Virus record (IMG/VR): IMGVR_UViG_3300017778_001834
Coordinates: 1-36,839 of that record
Source: a virus
Lineage: Duplodnaviria; Caudoviricetes
Direction: 5' to 3' (one strand)
Length of the DNA stretch: 36,839 bases
A model generated the notes under the pieces. The model was given only the letters and a program-made list of their open reading frames with translations. It was not told the DNA's origin and made no database searches. Positions within the stretch are counted from its first letter, which is position 1. Each line of letters starts with the position of its first letter. Made by a program: the position numbers and the translations under genes. Of the stretch, positions 1 to 7,326 are shown in pieces.

Positions 1-116
1 CGCCGCTGGCCTCATAGAAGTCTATCACCCGTATCTCAGGCCCGACCGCCTGCCAGAACCAAATGGCCGTGCTGTCGCCTATGCCCAAGTCCCATGTGGT
101 GTAAACCGGCAGCGCA
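1..116. repeat. 116-bp direct terminal repeat (copy 1), circular-assembly overlap
   Basis: 1..116 is identical to 36724..36839 and lies inside terL, which stays in frame across the join. Confidence 0.95.
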
Positions 117-841
117 GGGTCATACGGAACGTCTGTGATCCGTCCAGCCCGTTCGCTCTCAGCCATGTCCTTGCCGTAGTAAGCGCCGATGATTGCCGCT
201 TCGAACGAGCATTCGAACTCTTGCTCATACTGCTCAGGCGTCATTTCCCTTGCAGCCGCCATCAGTTCGCTCTGTGGCAGGATCAGCGTCTCAGAGGCAG
301 GCAGGAAGAACGGGAACCAGTCAGGGTCCGTCTTTGCCCGCTCAAACAGATCAAAGAACGCATTGCGTCCCTTTGGCGTTCCGATGAACGTAGCTGTTCC
401 CTGCCGGTCAGCCAGCATCGGGCGGATGATGGAACCGAAGATGCCGGGATACATATCGGCGTATTCGTCCAGCGTGGCGTCATCCAGGTATCCGCCGCGC
501 AGGGCATCCGGGTTGTCCGCGCCATAAATCTTGATGCGCTTGCCGCCTATCAGCTCGACATACAGTTCTGATTCGTTTGGCGGCTTTGCCCAGATCGGCT
601 GGCTGTATCGTTTCAGATACTCCCATGCCACGTCCTTGGCTTGCTTAAGGTAGGGCGCAAGATAGGCCGCGCGATAGTGGGGCTTGTCGGACACCACCGC
701 GTTGCGGATCATGTCGTTAATGCAGGCCACGGTCTTACCGCAGCGCCTGTGAGCCACCCCGATGGCAAAGCGTTGCGTCCGGTTATGGAACGGCAGGAAC
801 ACCCGGCGAGGGGCGTAGGGAATTACTCTGGTTTCGGCCAA
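1..841 (-). CDS. terL: Terminase large subunit, N-terminal ATPase part (continues across the origin to 36245)
   Basis: Manual translation from TTG 841: ...VAHRRCGKT (Walker A)...GADNPDALRG...LDEYA (Walker B)...FIGTPKG...EQEFECSF; in frame with ORF 36245..36811; about 439 aa in total. Confidence 0.92.
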   Translation of the reverse strand, partial: MAETRVIPYAPRRVFLPFHNRTQRFAIGVAHRRCGKTVACINDMIRNAVVSDKPHYRAAYLAPYLKQAKDVAWEYLKRYSQPIWAKPPNESELYVELIGGKRIKIYGADNPDALRGGYLDDATLDEYADMYPGIFGSIIRPMLADRQGTATFIGTPKGRNAFFDLFERAKTDPDWFPFFLPASETLILPQSELMAAAREMTPEQYEQEFECSFEAAIIGAYYGKDMAESERAGRITDVPYDPALPVYTTWDLGIGDSTAIWFWQAVGPEIRVIDFYEASG

Positions 842-981
842 GCGTAACCGCCCGTGAACCGAGGACGCCAGCGAAACACCCACCGCCCGTGCTCACGGCG
901 AAACTGGAACACAATAGGCTCCGCGAACCTCTCAACCTTGCGAAGCTCGCTGCCAGTCCATCTGTAGCCGAGCAACGTCAT
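823..981 (-). CDS. Small 52-aa hypothetical protein between terS and terL
   Basis: ATG overlaps the terS stop (ATGA); MTLLGYRW...GGYAWPKPE; its 3' end overlaps the terL start. Confidence 0.5.
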   Translation of the reverse strand: MTLLGYRWTGSELRKVERFAEPIVFQFRREHGRWVFRWRPRFTGGYAWPKPE

Positions 982-1376
982 TCGGGCTTGAGCCATGTGA
1001 CAGTGAGAGCGCCGCCGTCAGGGCCGGAGACTTCCTGTTGCAGCTTGTCGCCGTATTTCTTCGGGTTCATCCGAGCAAGTGCCCACTTGCGTGTGTCAAC
1101 GCGGAGGCGAGCCTTGGCAACGTGCGATTTTTGAGGCTCAACGTCGTCTGCAATGTCGAGCATATCATCGAACATACCAGCGGCACGTTCATCAATGGCT
1201 TTCGCGTAGTTGTCCGAGAAGTCTTTATGCTTTGTCAGCCAAAGGAACACAGACGACGACGACGGCATTGATTCTAATGCACAAATAGCCCGCAGCGATG
1301 AACCCGCAGCGAGCCTTGAGCAAATATCAGCCGCCAGTTCTGGCGTATAATCAGAGGGTCGGCCTAGACCGGCCAT
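978..1376 (-). CDS. terS: Terminase small subunit (Sf6 gp1-like)
   Basis: GRPSDYTPELAADICSRLAAGSSLRAIC...RLRVDTRKWALARMNPKKYGDK; directly upstream of terL. Confidence 0.9.
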   Translation of the reverse strand: MAGLGRPSDYTPELAADICSRLAAGSSLRAICALESMPSSSSVFLWLTKHKDFSDNYAKAIDERAAGMFDDMLDIADDVEPQKSHVAKARLRVDTRKWALARMNPKKYGDKLQQEVSGPDGGALTVTWLKPE

Positions 1377-1462
1377 CTGCTAGTCTCCGTGGTTTGCGTC
1401 TAGCCTTATTGCCTTGGCGCGGGCTTAGAGCGTGGGGATGATGCCTTAGAGGGCTTGGCGGG

Positions 1463-1666
1463 TCAAGCGGCCAGATAGCCTTGCCCCGCATTCCACCAGC
1501 GGCCATCGGCGGACAGGCTGTCCTGTGTAGCTGCAACGCCAGCGTTCCACTGACGCCCGCACTCGACCATTGCCGAACGGTGCGAGGCGTGAAAGCTGAT
1601 AACTTCGTTCGTGTCTTTGTTGCGGACCCGGTCGGTGGTCTTGGCGGTTTGCGACTTGCTGGCCAT
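1463..1666 (-). CDS. Hypothetical protein
   Basis: MASKSQTAK..., 67 aa, downstream of a promoter-like element. Confidence 0.6.
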   Translation of the reverse strand: MASKSQTAKTTDRVRNKDTNEVISFHASHRSAMVECGRQWNAGVAATQDSLSADGRWWNAGQGYLAA

Positions 1667-1688
1667 CTGCTTAGTTCCATCTGGGTGC

Positions 1689-1745
1689 TGCTTGATTGCC
1701 GCGCCCCGTTGATTTGTTATCCCACATGGGCAGATGTTACGCAAT
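1689..1745 (-). promoter_or_regulatory. Putative sigma70-type promoter plus GGCAATCAAGCA leader motif
   Basis: TTGCGT-17-GATAAC with TG extension on the minus strand; 12-bp motif shared with 2341..2352. Confidence 0.5.
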
Positions 1746-1782
1746 AGGGAAAATGCAGGATCGGCAAAAAAGATTCCTGGCC

Positions 1783-1953
1783 CTATTTCAAGCCGTGCTG
1801 CAATGCCATGCGGATAGCTACAGCAGCCGGGCCACTAGGGCCTAGCTTGGCGTAGTTCTGAGCAGTCTTCGGGCTGACCATGAGCCACCGGCCCGCCGCG
1901 AGTTGCGACAGGCCGAGGGTTGAGAGGGCGGCGCGGTATTCAGCGGGGGTCAT
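1783..1953 (-). CDS. Small HTH DNA-binding protein
   Basis: MTPAEYRAALSTLGLSQLAAGRWLMVSPKTAQNY, XRE-like HTH pattern. Confidence 0.75.
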   Translation of the reverse strand: MTPAEYRAALSTLGLSQLAAGRWLMVSPKTAQNYAKLGPSGPAAVAIRMALQHGLK

Positions 1954-2138
1954 GCGGCCACCGGGAACTTTAGATCGACATAGTTTTGGGCGGCTTCGCG
2001 AGTCCAGAATGTCGGGTGTGCCGGGCGAAGGTTTGTCCAGCCGCTGCCGTTCCATTGCTCTAGGCCAAACCAATGGCCACAGTCGTCAGCGTCCTCAAAG
2101 ACGCGAACCGTTCCGGTTTTGATGTTTGCGCGGGCCAT
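1950..2138 (-). CDS. Hypothetical protein
   Basis: GAGGAGG SD, ATG 2138, coupled to both neighbours. Confidence 0.65.
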   Translation of the reverse strand: MARANIKTGTVRVFEDADDCGHWFGLEQWNGSGWTNLRPAHPTFWTREAAQNYVDLKFPVAA

Positions 2139-2317
2139 TATTTGACCTCCTCGTAGGTGAACGAGGGATATCCAGCCCCGCCGATTTTTGCGCGGACCAA
2201 CACTGACAGGTGTTCCAGGTCGGCCTCTCTGCACTCAATCTCAATGTCGCGGGCCATTCCAAGGAACGAGCCGTTAACGTCACGGCGTTGGATGTTGGTG
2301 ATTGCAAACTTTGTCAT
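2138..2317 (-). CDS. Hypothetical protein
   Basis: MTKFAITNIQ...; first gene after a promoter; TAATG coupling to the next gene. Confidence 0.65.
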   Translation of the reverse strand: MTKFAITNIQRRDVNGSFLGMARDIEIECREADLEHLSVLVRAKIGGAGYPSFTYEEVK

Positions 2318-2340
2318 CTGTCTGTTTCCGTTCCGGCTAG

Positions 2341-2410
2341 TGCTTGATTGCCCTGCGCCGATGACTGAACATAGCACCTATTACGCAGGGATCAAGCACT
2401 TTTTACGCAG
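2341..2410 (-). promoter_or_regulatory. Putative sigma70-type promoter with CTGCGTAA repeats and GGCAATCAAGCA leader motif
   Basis: TTGATC-16-TATGTT with extended TG; CTGCGTAA twice, 22 bp apart. Confidence 0.55.
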
Positions 2411-2502
2411 TCCGCGCATTTTGTTGAGCGGGGCGCGGCGGGCCAGTGACTTCCCATAACCCGCGCCCACCAGTCCCCCTAACTACTGGCTGCTCAATGG
2501 AG

Positions 2503-2682
2503 TTAGCGCCGTTCCTTGGCGCGTTGAAACTGCCGCATGAACGCACCCGGCGTGTCGTCATGCTTACCGGCAATGCGATAGACGGGCATTCCGGCCTCTG
2601 CACGATAGGCAAGCCACTTATCGCGGGCTGCACGGCTTTTCTCGCAGGCGTAGGTGCGGACTGCGGTAATCGGGTCATTCAT
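2503..2682 (-). CDS. Hypothetical protein
   Basis: MNDPITAVRTY..., 59 aa, same orientation as the operon. Confidence 0.5.
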   Translation of the reverse strand: MNDPITAVRTYACEKSRAARDKWLAYRAEAGMPVYRIAGKHDDTPGAFMRQFQRAKERR

Positions 2683-2725
2683 CGGGTGTAGTCTTGCTTT
2701 CTGACTGTCCACGGGGTCCAGGTTT

Positions 2726-3052
2726 CTAGCGGAGGCGTTCCGCCGCTCGATTGTTGGCGTTTTGCGTTCTCCAGACCTCCATCTTCGCATTCGCCGCTGC
2801 GTAGCGTTGGCGGGCCGTGTAATCCGCCTTCGCTTGCGCCCCCACCTTCGCCAGATGGTCCTTGAACCGTGGTTGCGCTCTTGCCCATTGCTCTCGCTCC
2901 GTAGCTGACTTTGCATCGCTCTCGCCCATCAGTTCAGCAAGAACTGTTTTGGTGAGGGCGTCCAAATATTCATGCGCGGCCCTGTGAGCGGCCCCTGACT
3001 CATCGCCAAGGGCCTCCAACACAAGGTGCATATCATCGTCTGATACGAGCAT
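2726..3052 (-). CDS. Helical phage protein of the recombination module (possibly UvsY-like mediator)
   Basis: SATEREQWARA...MEVWRTQNANNR; coupled downstream of the ERF and SSB-like genes. Confidence 0.6.
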   Translation of the reverse strand: MLVSDDDMHLVLEALGDESGAAHRAAHEYLDALTKTVLAELMGESDAKSATEREQWARAQPRFKDHLAKVGAQAKADYTARQRYAAANAKMEVWRTQNANNRAAERLR

Positions 3053-3318
3053 CAGAACGGGATGTCGTCGTCAAAGTTAGCGCCGCGCTGTGGCGGGGCT
3101 TCACGCGCTGGGCCAGCGTCGCGTTGCATCGGGAACTTGACCGATCCCGCCAGCATCGTCCCGTTGTCGCCTTTGGCCCAGAACGCCACTTCCAGCTTGT
3201 CGCCCGGCTTTGCGCCTTCGGGAACGATCAGATTACCGCGCCAATCTGGCGCACGGTCGTTGCGCTTTTCCTTCTCCTTGAAGACGGCAATATCGCCAGG
3301 CTTTTGTTCATACGCCAT
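3052..3318 (-). CDS. ssDNA-binding protein (DUF736-like)
   Basis: KRNDRAPDWRG core and the SSB-type acidic tail DDDIPF. Confidence 0.8.
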   Translation of the reverse strand: MAYEQKPGDIAVFKEKEKRNDRAPDWRGNLIVPEGAKPGDKLEVAFWAKGDNGTMLAGSVKFPMQRDAGPAREAPPQRGANFDDDIPF

Positions 3319-3998
3319 TACATCGCTCCCAGTTCACGCCCGCGCCGGTCGAATGCCTCGCGGACTTCAATGCGCCAGCCCTTCGGCATGGTGCGGATAG
3401 TGTCGCCGTTTTCGTCTGCCCAACCACGCAGCGCGGCAAGGGTCGGAATAGTCTCAAGGTCGCCAAGCCACTGGTTCACCTTTTCGCCCAGCCCTTCGGC
3501 TTTGGCTTTGGCTGCACTCATTCCAGCGCCTTCGGTTTTATACCAGTCAGGGCCTTCGGGGTGAACCGATACATTCGGATTCTTCGGCTCGCCGGGCTTA
3601 GTGCTACGGGGCATGGACGCCTCCCCGTCATCATCCACGGCTGGCATATTGAGCATGGCCATGAGCGAGTATCGACGGGCGTAGGTGATTGCCGAGCCTG
3701 CCGCTTGCGGGTCCATCTTGCCAGCGGGCAGGGAAAAGTCAGTCTCAATCCACTCGCCGCTTTCGTGAACAAGGCGCGTCGTCAGGGTGATGCAGTTGCC
3801 GTCCATCGGACCTGGCCCTTGCATCACCGCCAGCCCGTTAGCCTCCAAAGCACCGTGAGCGGCCTCAATGACGCTTTCAAGGTTGGCATACTTAGATTTG
3901 AAGAACGGGTTGTCCGCGCCTTTCTTCACGCCCTCGATTGCATTGATAGCCTTGACCAGCGCGGGGCTGATTTTCGTTAGTGTGTCGCTGCTTCGCAT
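3318..3998 (-). CDS. erf: ERF-family ssDNA annealing protein
   Basis: NPFFKSKYANL...HESGEW...PQAAGSAITYARRYSL...DDDG. Confidence 0.93.
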   Translation of the reverse strand: MRSSDTLTKISPALVKAINAIEGVKKGADNPFFKSKYANLESVIEAAHGALEANGLAVMQGPGPMDGNCITLTTRLVHESGEWIETDFSLPAGKMDPQAAGSAITYARRYSLMAMLNMPAVDDDGEASMPRSTKPGEPKNPNVSVHPEGPDWYKTEGAGMSAAKAKAEGLGEKVNQWLGDLETIPTLAALRGWADENGDTIRTMPKGWRIEVREAFDRRGRELGAM

Positions 3999-4198
3999 TT
4001 GGCTTCCTCCATTGCCTTGTTATGTTCTACCAACGCCGTCTGACAATCGCGGACGTATCGCGCCGCATCTGGGCCGGGCCTTGTCCCAAACACCACCATT
4101 GTCATCACGACATCAAAGCGGGAGGCGGGGTAATAGATTCCGCCGTAATCTTTTTCTAACTGGCCGTTATGAAAGCGGGCAAGTGGGCGGTCACTCAT
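3977..4198 (-). CDS. Hypothetical protein
   Basis: 73-aa ORF packed tightly in the operon. Confidence 0.6.
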   Translation of the reverse strand: MSDRPLARFHNGQLEKDYGGIYYPASRFDVVMTMVVFGTRPGPDAARYVRDCQTALVEHNKAMEEAKCEAATH

Positions 4199-4382
4199 CG
4201 GACTTCACCGCTACGGCATTACCCAGACGGGCCGTGGCTTTCCATAGCCGTTCAAGTTGGTCGGGTTGCAGATCAGGCAGGCGCTCCACGTTGCCGATTG
4301 CAACGGTCAGGGCTGACATTGTGGCTTCAAACGTAATCGTCTGATTGCGGAGGCCGCGCATGGTTTCGATGATGTCGGTCAT
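4191..4382 (-). CDS. Hypothetical protein
   Basis: MTDIIETMRG...; GGAG SD, TGATG coupling. Confidence 0.6.
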   Translation of the reverse strand: MTDIIETMRGLRNQTITFEATMSALTVAIGNVERLPDLQPDQLERLWKATARLGNAVAVKSDE

Positions 4383-4723
4383 CAATAATCTCCCATCCAC
4401 GCGCGTTCTCTTTTGGCCTCATCGCGCCGGTCAAGGGCATCGGCATAATCCTCTGCCCATTCTTCGCTGGCATGGATCAACATGGCGTCATCAAAACGCC
4501 CGCACTCGAACACGTCGAATGCCTCCGCGACTGCCACGGGATCGGCTTTTGCCGCCGTGTCGGAATCAATCGCCTCAACGCGAATGTCCTCAATCTCGCC
4601 GCGCTGGCCGCAATCGTCGAGCCATGCGACCTCATACGAAACCGTCACGTCAATCTCGCAATGGTCAGCCTCGCCGTCCGTGCCAAACATCAGGCACGTT
4701 GAGTATGTGTAACGCTTGCTCAT
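4382..4723 (-). CDS. Acidic hypothetical protein
   Basis: 113 aa, D/E-rich, ATGA coupling. Confidence 0.7.
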   Translation of the reverse strand: MSKRYTYSTCLMFGTDGEADHCEIDVTVSYEVAWLDDCGQRGEIEDIRVEAIDSDTAAKADPVAVAEAFDVFECGRFDDAMLIHASEEWAEDYADALDRRDEAKRERAWMGDY

Positions 4724-5040
4724 TTCGCGGCTCCCGTAATGTCAGCGGCAATGGCCAGCCAGCCAGTCGGGGCCGACACCTTGGCTTCCTCAGCCAGTTC
4801 AGCAAGGCGGTAGTCAGTGGCCACCGCGATCAGGTAGCGGGCCGATTCCGGGAACGCCTCGCGTTGTTCTTCCAGCCACCATTCACGGTCTTCCTCCGCA
4901 ATGGCCAAGGCACGTTCTGCCATCGCAAAGCCTTCGTCCTGATACTCGTATGCGCCGGACCAGTCGCGGCAATAAAAGCCGTCGCCGTTCTCGCTGGCGT
5001 ATTCAGTCAGTGCGTTGTCGAGTTGCGTTTGAATGGTCAT
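4720..5040 (-). CDS. Acidic hypothetical protein, first gene of the leftward arm
   Basis: AAGGGAGA SD and ATG 5040 (MTIQTQLDNAL...). Confidence 0.75.
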   Translation of the reverse strand: MTIQTQLDNALTEYASENGDGFYCRDWSGAYEYQDEGFAMAERALAIAEEDREWWLEEQREAFPESARYLIAVATDYRLAELAEEAKVSAPTGWLAIAADITGAAK

Positions 5041-5157
5041 GTCGTTCTCCCTTGTTGCCACCATAAAACACGGCACTCGGCAGACCGTCAAGCTATCTTT
5101 TCGCTTGCCCGCACGATTTTCTTCGCTTAGCTTAGTGGCATAAAGGGAGATCAGCCA
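5041..5157. promoter_or_regulatory. Back-to-back divergent promoters
   Basis: Left TTGACG(5091-5086)-17-TTTTAT; right TTGCCC(5105)-17-TAGCTT; near-identical leaders. Confidence 0.7.
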
Positions 5158-5403
5158 ATGAGCATTTGGGACGAACTTGACGCCGAAAAGGAAGCGGAGA
5201 TCGCCGCTTTTCGGGCGGCAGAGGCAGCAAAAACGCCGGAACAAAAAGAAGCCGAGCGCATCGCAGCCGAGAACCGGGCGCAAGCCGCCCATGACGAAGG
5301 TGTCCGGCTTGGATGGTGGGACGAAGAGGGTAACAGCCTTGCAGTCGAAACCGACGATGAGGACGAAGAAGAGGACGAAGAAGAGGACGAAAACGACGAA
5401 TGA
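5158..5403 (+). CDS. Very acidic small protein
   Basis: AAGGGAGA SD; ends ETDDEDEEEDEEEDENDE. Confidence 0.75.
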   Translation: MSIWDELDAEKEAEIAAFRAAEAAKTPEQKEAERIAAENRAQAAHDEGVRLGWWDEEGNSLAVETDDEDEEEDEEEDENDE

Positions 5404-5594
5404 CAAAGGAACAAGTCATAAAGGCCATTAAGCGGCTTGTCGGAGACGGTAAGCGCAAGGAGTGGTGCCAGGCACATGGCGTCAATCAGACCGTCCTTAG
5501 CGACGTTCTGCGAGGCCACCGCGCACCGACAGAACAGCTTTGCAACATGGTTGGCGTCGAGCGCGTCACCGTCATTCACTATCGGAGCAAGTAA
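5400..5594 (+). CDS. Cro-like HTH regulator
   Basis: KEWCQAHGVNQTVLSDVLRGHRAP HTH; second gene of the rightward arm. Confidence 0.75.
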   Translation: MTKEQVIKAIKRLVGDGKRKEWCQAHGVNQTVLSDVLRGHRAPTEQLCNMVGVERVTVIHYRSK

Positions 5595-5595
5595 A

Positions 5596-5883
5596 ATGTT
5601 AAACGCCATCAAACGCATCCTCGCCCGCCTCGATTTCAAATACCAGCGCCAGCAAAAGGAATGGCACGACTATCTGGACCGGCGAGACGCCAACTTGGCT
5701 GAGTGGCTACAGGATCAAACCGCCACGTCAAAAGCCCGCCAGCTTGCCGCCATTGCGCGGGAACGGAATGCACTGAAGGACGAACTGGCGAAAGTCATTA
5801 AAGCCAAGAAAGCCCGCGCACCGATTTACGCAGCCCTCCGCGCTTTGTCGATTGAGGAACTTAAGGTCGAGGGACGGCGGTGA
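5596..5883 (+). CDS. Hypothetical helical protein
   Basis: GGAG SD, ATG 5596, MLNAIKRIL... Confidence 0.65.
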   Translation: MLNAIKRILARLDFKYQRQQKEWHDYLDRRDANLAEWLQDQTATSKARQLAAIARERNALKDELAKVIKAKKARAPIYAALRALSIEELKVEGRR

Positions 5884-6206
5884 AGGCTCTAAAATACCGC
5901 AACGTCAAAACCGTCGTTGACGGCATTACGTTTGACAGCATCAAGGAAAGCCGCCGCTATAGCGAATTGAAGCTGCTGGAACGGTCTGGGCGCATCACTG
6001 GGCTTGAGGTCCAGCCATCGTTTCGCATTGTCGTGAACAACTGCCTGATTTGCACCTATAAAGCCGACTTTCGTTACACGACGGACACGCCACACGTTCG
6101 CGGGCTGGTCGTCATTGAGGACGTTAAAGGCATGAAGACGCCGGTTTATCGTCTCAAGAAAAAGCTAATGCTGGCGGTTCACGGGATCAGCGTGGTGGAG
6201 ATATGA
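5880..6206 (+). CDS. DUF1064-family PD-(D/E)xK nuclease-like protein
   Basis: KYRNVKTVVDGITFDS...YKADFRY...IEDVKG. Confidence 0.85.
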   Translation: MKALKYRNVKTVVDGITFDSIKESRRYSELKLLERSGRITGLEVQPSFRIVVNNCLICTYKADFRYTTDTPHVRGLVVIEDVKGMKTPVYRLKKKLMLAVHGISVVEI

Positions 6207-6958
6207 CCGAAAAACTTAAGGTTCTGGACCTGTTTTCAGGCATCGGCGGTTTTTCGCTTGGCCTTGAGCGCACAGGCGGCTTTGACACGGTTGCCTTTTG
6301 CGAGATTGACCCTTTTTGCCAGCGGGTGTTGGCGAAACATTGGCCGGAGGTGCCGATTTATGACGACATTCAAACCCTCGACGCAGATACCCTTGCTTCC
6401 GATGGGATCGACGTTGACATCATTTGCGGGGGCTTCCCATGCCAAGACGTTAGCACGGCAGGACGCAAAACCGGCATATCAGGAACCCGAAGCGGATTGT
6501 GGGACGATTACGCCCGCCTTATTGGCGAGTTACAGCCTAAGTTCTGCATCGTGGAAAATGTCACAGGGCTGCTTGATGCCGGAATGGGTGTCGTCCTCGG
6601 AGACCTGGCCGCGCTGGGGTATGACGCGGATTGGGGATGCCTACCGGCTTCCGCCGTTGGCCTTCCACACTCCCGCGAGCGAGTTTGGATTGTTGCCTAC
6701 CCCGCAGGCCTCGGACAATCGAAACCGGGGCACCTATGGCAAAACGCCTGCCGTAACCCGCCGCAAGCAAGCTGGGAAGCAACTGATGCTGTCAATGCTC
6801 TTCGAAGGGGCACCGTGCCCGCACTGTGTAGAGAACATGATGGGCGTTCCAAACGATTGGACAAATCCCGATTGACCGCTCTTGGAAACGCTGTCGTGCC
6901 GCAAATCCCGGAATTGATTGGCCGGGCGATCCTCGCTGACTACGCGGCGCAACAATGA
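6203..6958 (+). CDS. C5 cytosine DNA methyltransferase (alpha chain: motifs I-VIII and X)
   Basis: DLFSGIGG, GGFPCQD, ENV, RERVWIVA, LGNAVVP. Confidence 0.93.
   Translation: MTEKLKVLDLFSGIGGFSLGLERTGGFDTVAFCEIDPFCQRVLAKHWPEVPIYDDIQTLDADTLASDGIDVDIICGGFPCQDVSTAGRKTGISGTRSGLWDDYARLIGELQPKFCIVENVTGLLDAGMGVVLGDLAALGYDADWGCLPASAVGLPHSRERVWIVAYPAGLGQSKPGHLWQNACRNPPQASWEATDAVNALRRGTVPALCREHDGRSKRLDKSRLTALGNAVVPQIPELIGRAILADYAAQQ
6360..6875 (+). CDS. Overlapping alternative-frame MTase partner (beta chain, motif IX-like)
   Basis: GGAGGTG SD 7 nt before ATG 6360; 171-aa open frame with TWPRWGM, LLPTPQASD and VENMMGVPNDWT. Confidence 0.7.
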   Translation: MTTFKPSTQIPLLPMGSTLTSFAGASHAKTLARQDAKPAYQEPEADCGTITPALLASYSLSSASWKMSQGCLMPEWVSSSETWPRWGMTRIGDAYRLPPLAFHTPASEFGLLPTPQASDNRNRGTYGKTPAVTRRKQAGKQLMLSMLFEGAPCPHCVENMMGVPNDWTNPD

Positions 6959-7326
6959 CCGCCGCCCCACCTCGCCCGTCGATGTCCAAGGCTCGCCGAT
7001 TGCGACTGTTCGCCCGTGACAACGGCGTCTGCGACATCTGCAAGCAAAAGGTTCACGCCAATGAGGCGTATGAGTTAGACCATATCATCCCGTGGGCTTT
7101 AGGGTTTGACGACAGCGACGAAAACTTAAGGCTGGTTCACAAGACGTGCCACCGGACAGACAAAACCGGCGGGGACGTGACTAGGATTGCCAAGGCCAAG
7201 CGCCAAGGCCGGGAGACAGGCCAACAGGCCAGGCGGCAAGTCAAAGGCGGTTCGATACCATCCCGCCCGTTTCCAAAAACCAAAATCACATGGCCCAAGC
7301 GGCCTTTCAAAAGGGGAGACACATGA
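6955..7326 (+). CDS. HNH endonuclease
   Basis: CDIC...ELDHIIP...NLRLVHKTCH. Confidence 0.85.
   Translation: MTAAPPRPSMSKARRLRLFARDNGVCDICKQKVHANEAYELDHIIPWALGFDDSDENLRLVHKTCHRTDKTGGDVTRIAKAKRQGRETGQQARRQVKGGSIPSRPFPKTKITWPKRPFKRGDT

Noticed and set aside
1-116. Terminal repeat as a biological direct terminal repeat or att site
   Set aside because: It falls in the middle of terL and the frame continues across the join, so it is best explained as assembler overlap of a circularly permuted genome.
1717-1726. TTATCCCACA as a DnaA box for the phage DnaA-C protein
   Set aside because: It has an extra C relative to TTATCCACA, is a single copy, and coincides with a putative -10 element.
5352-5400. 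GAC/GAA/GAG repeats as a DNA repeat array or CRISPR
   Set aside because: They simply encode the acidic tail; no repeat-spacer structure was seen anywhere in the window.
6203-7326. MTase plus HNH as a restriction-modification system
   Set aside because: The HNH is a short type common in phage nin-like regions, and orphan phage MTases are frequent; adjacency alone is not enough.
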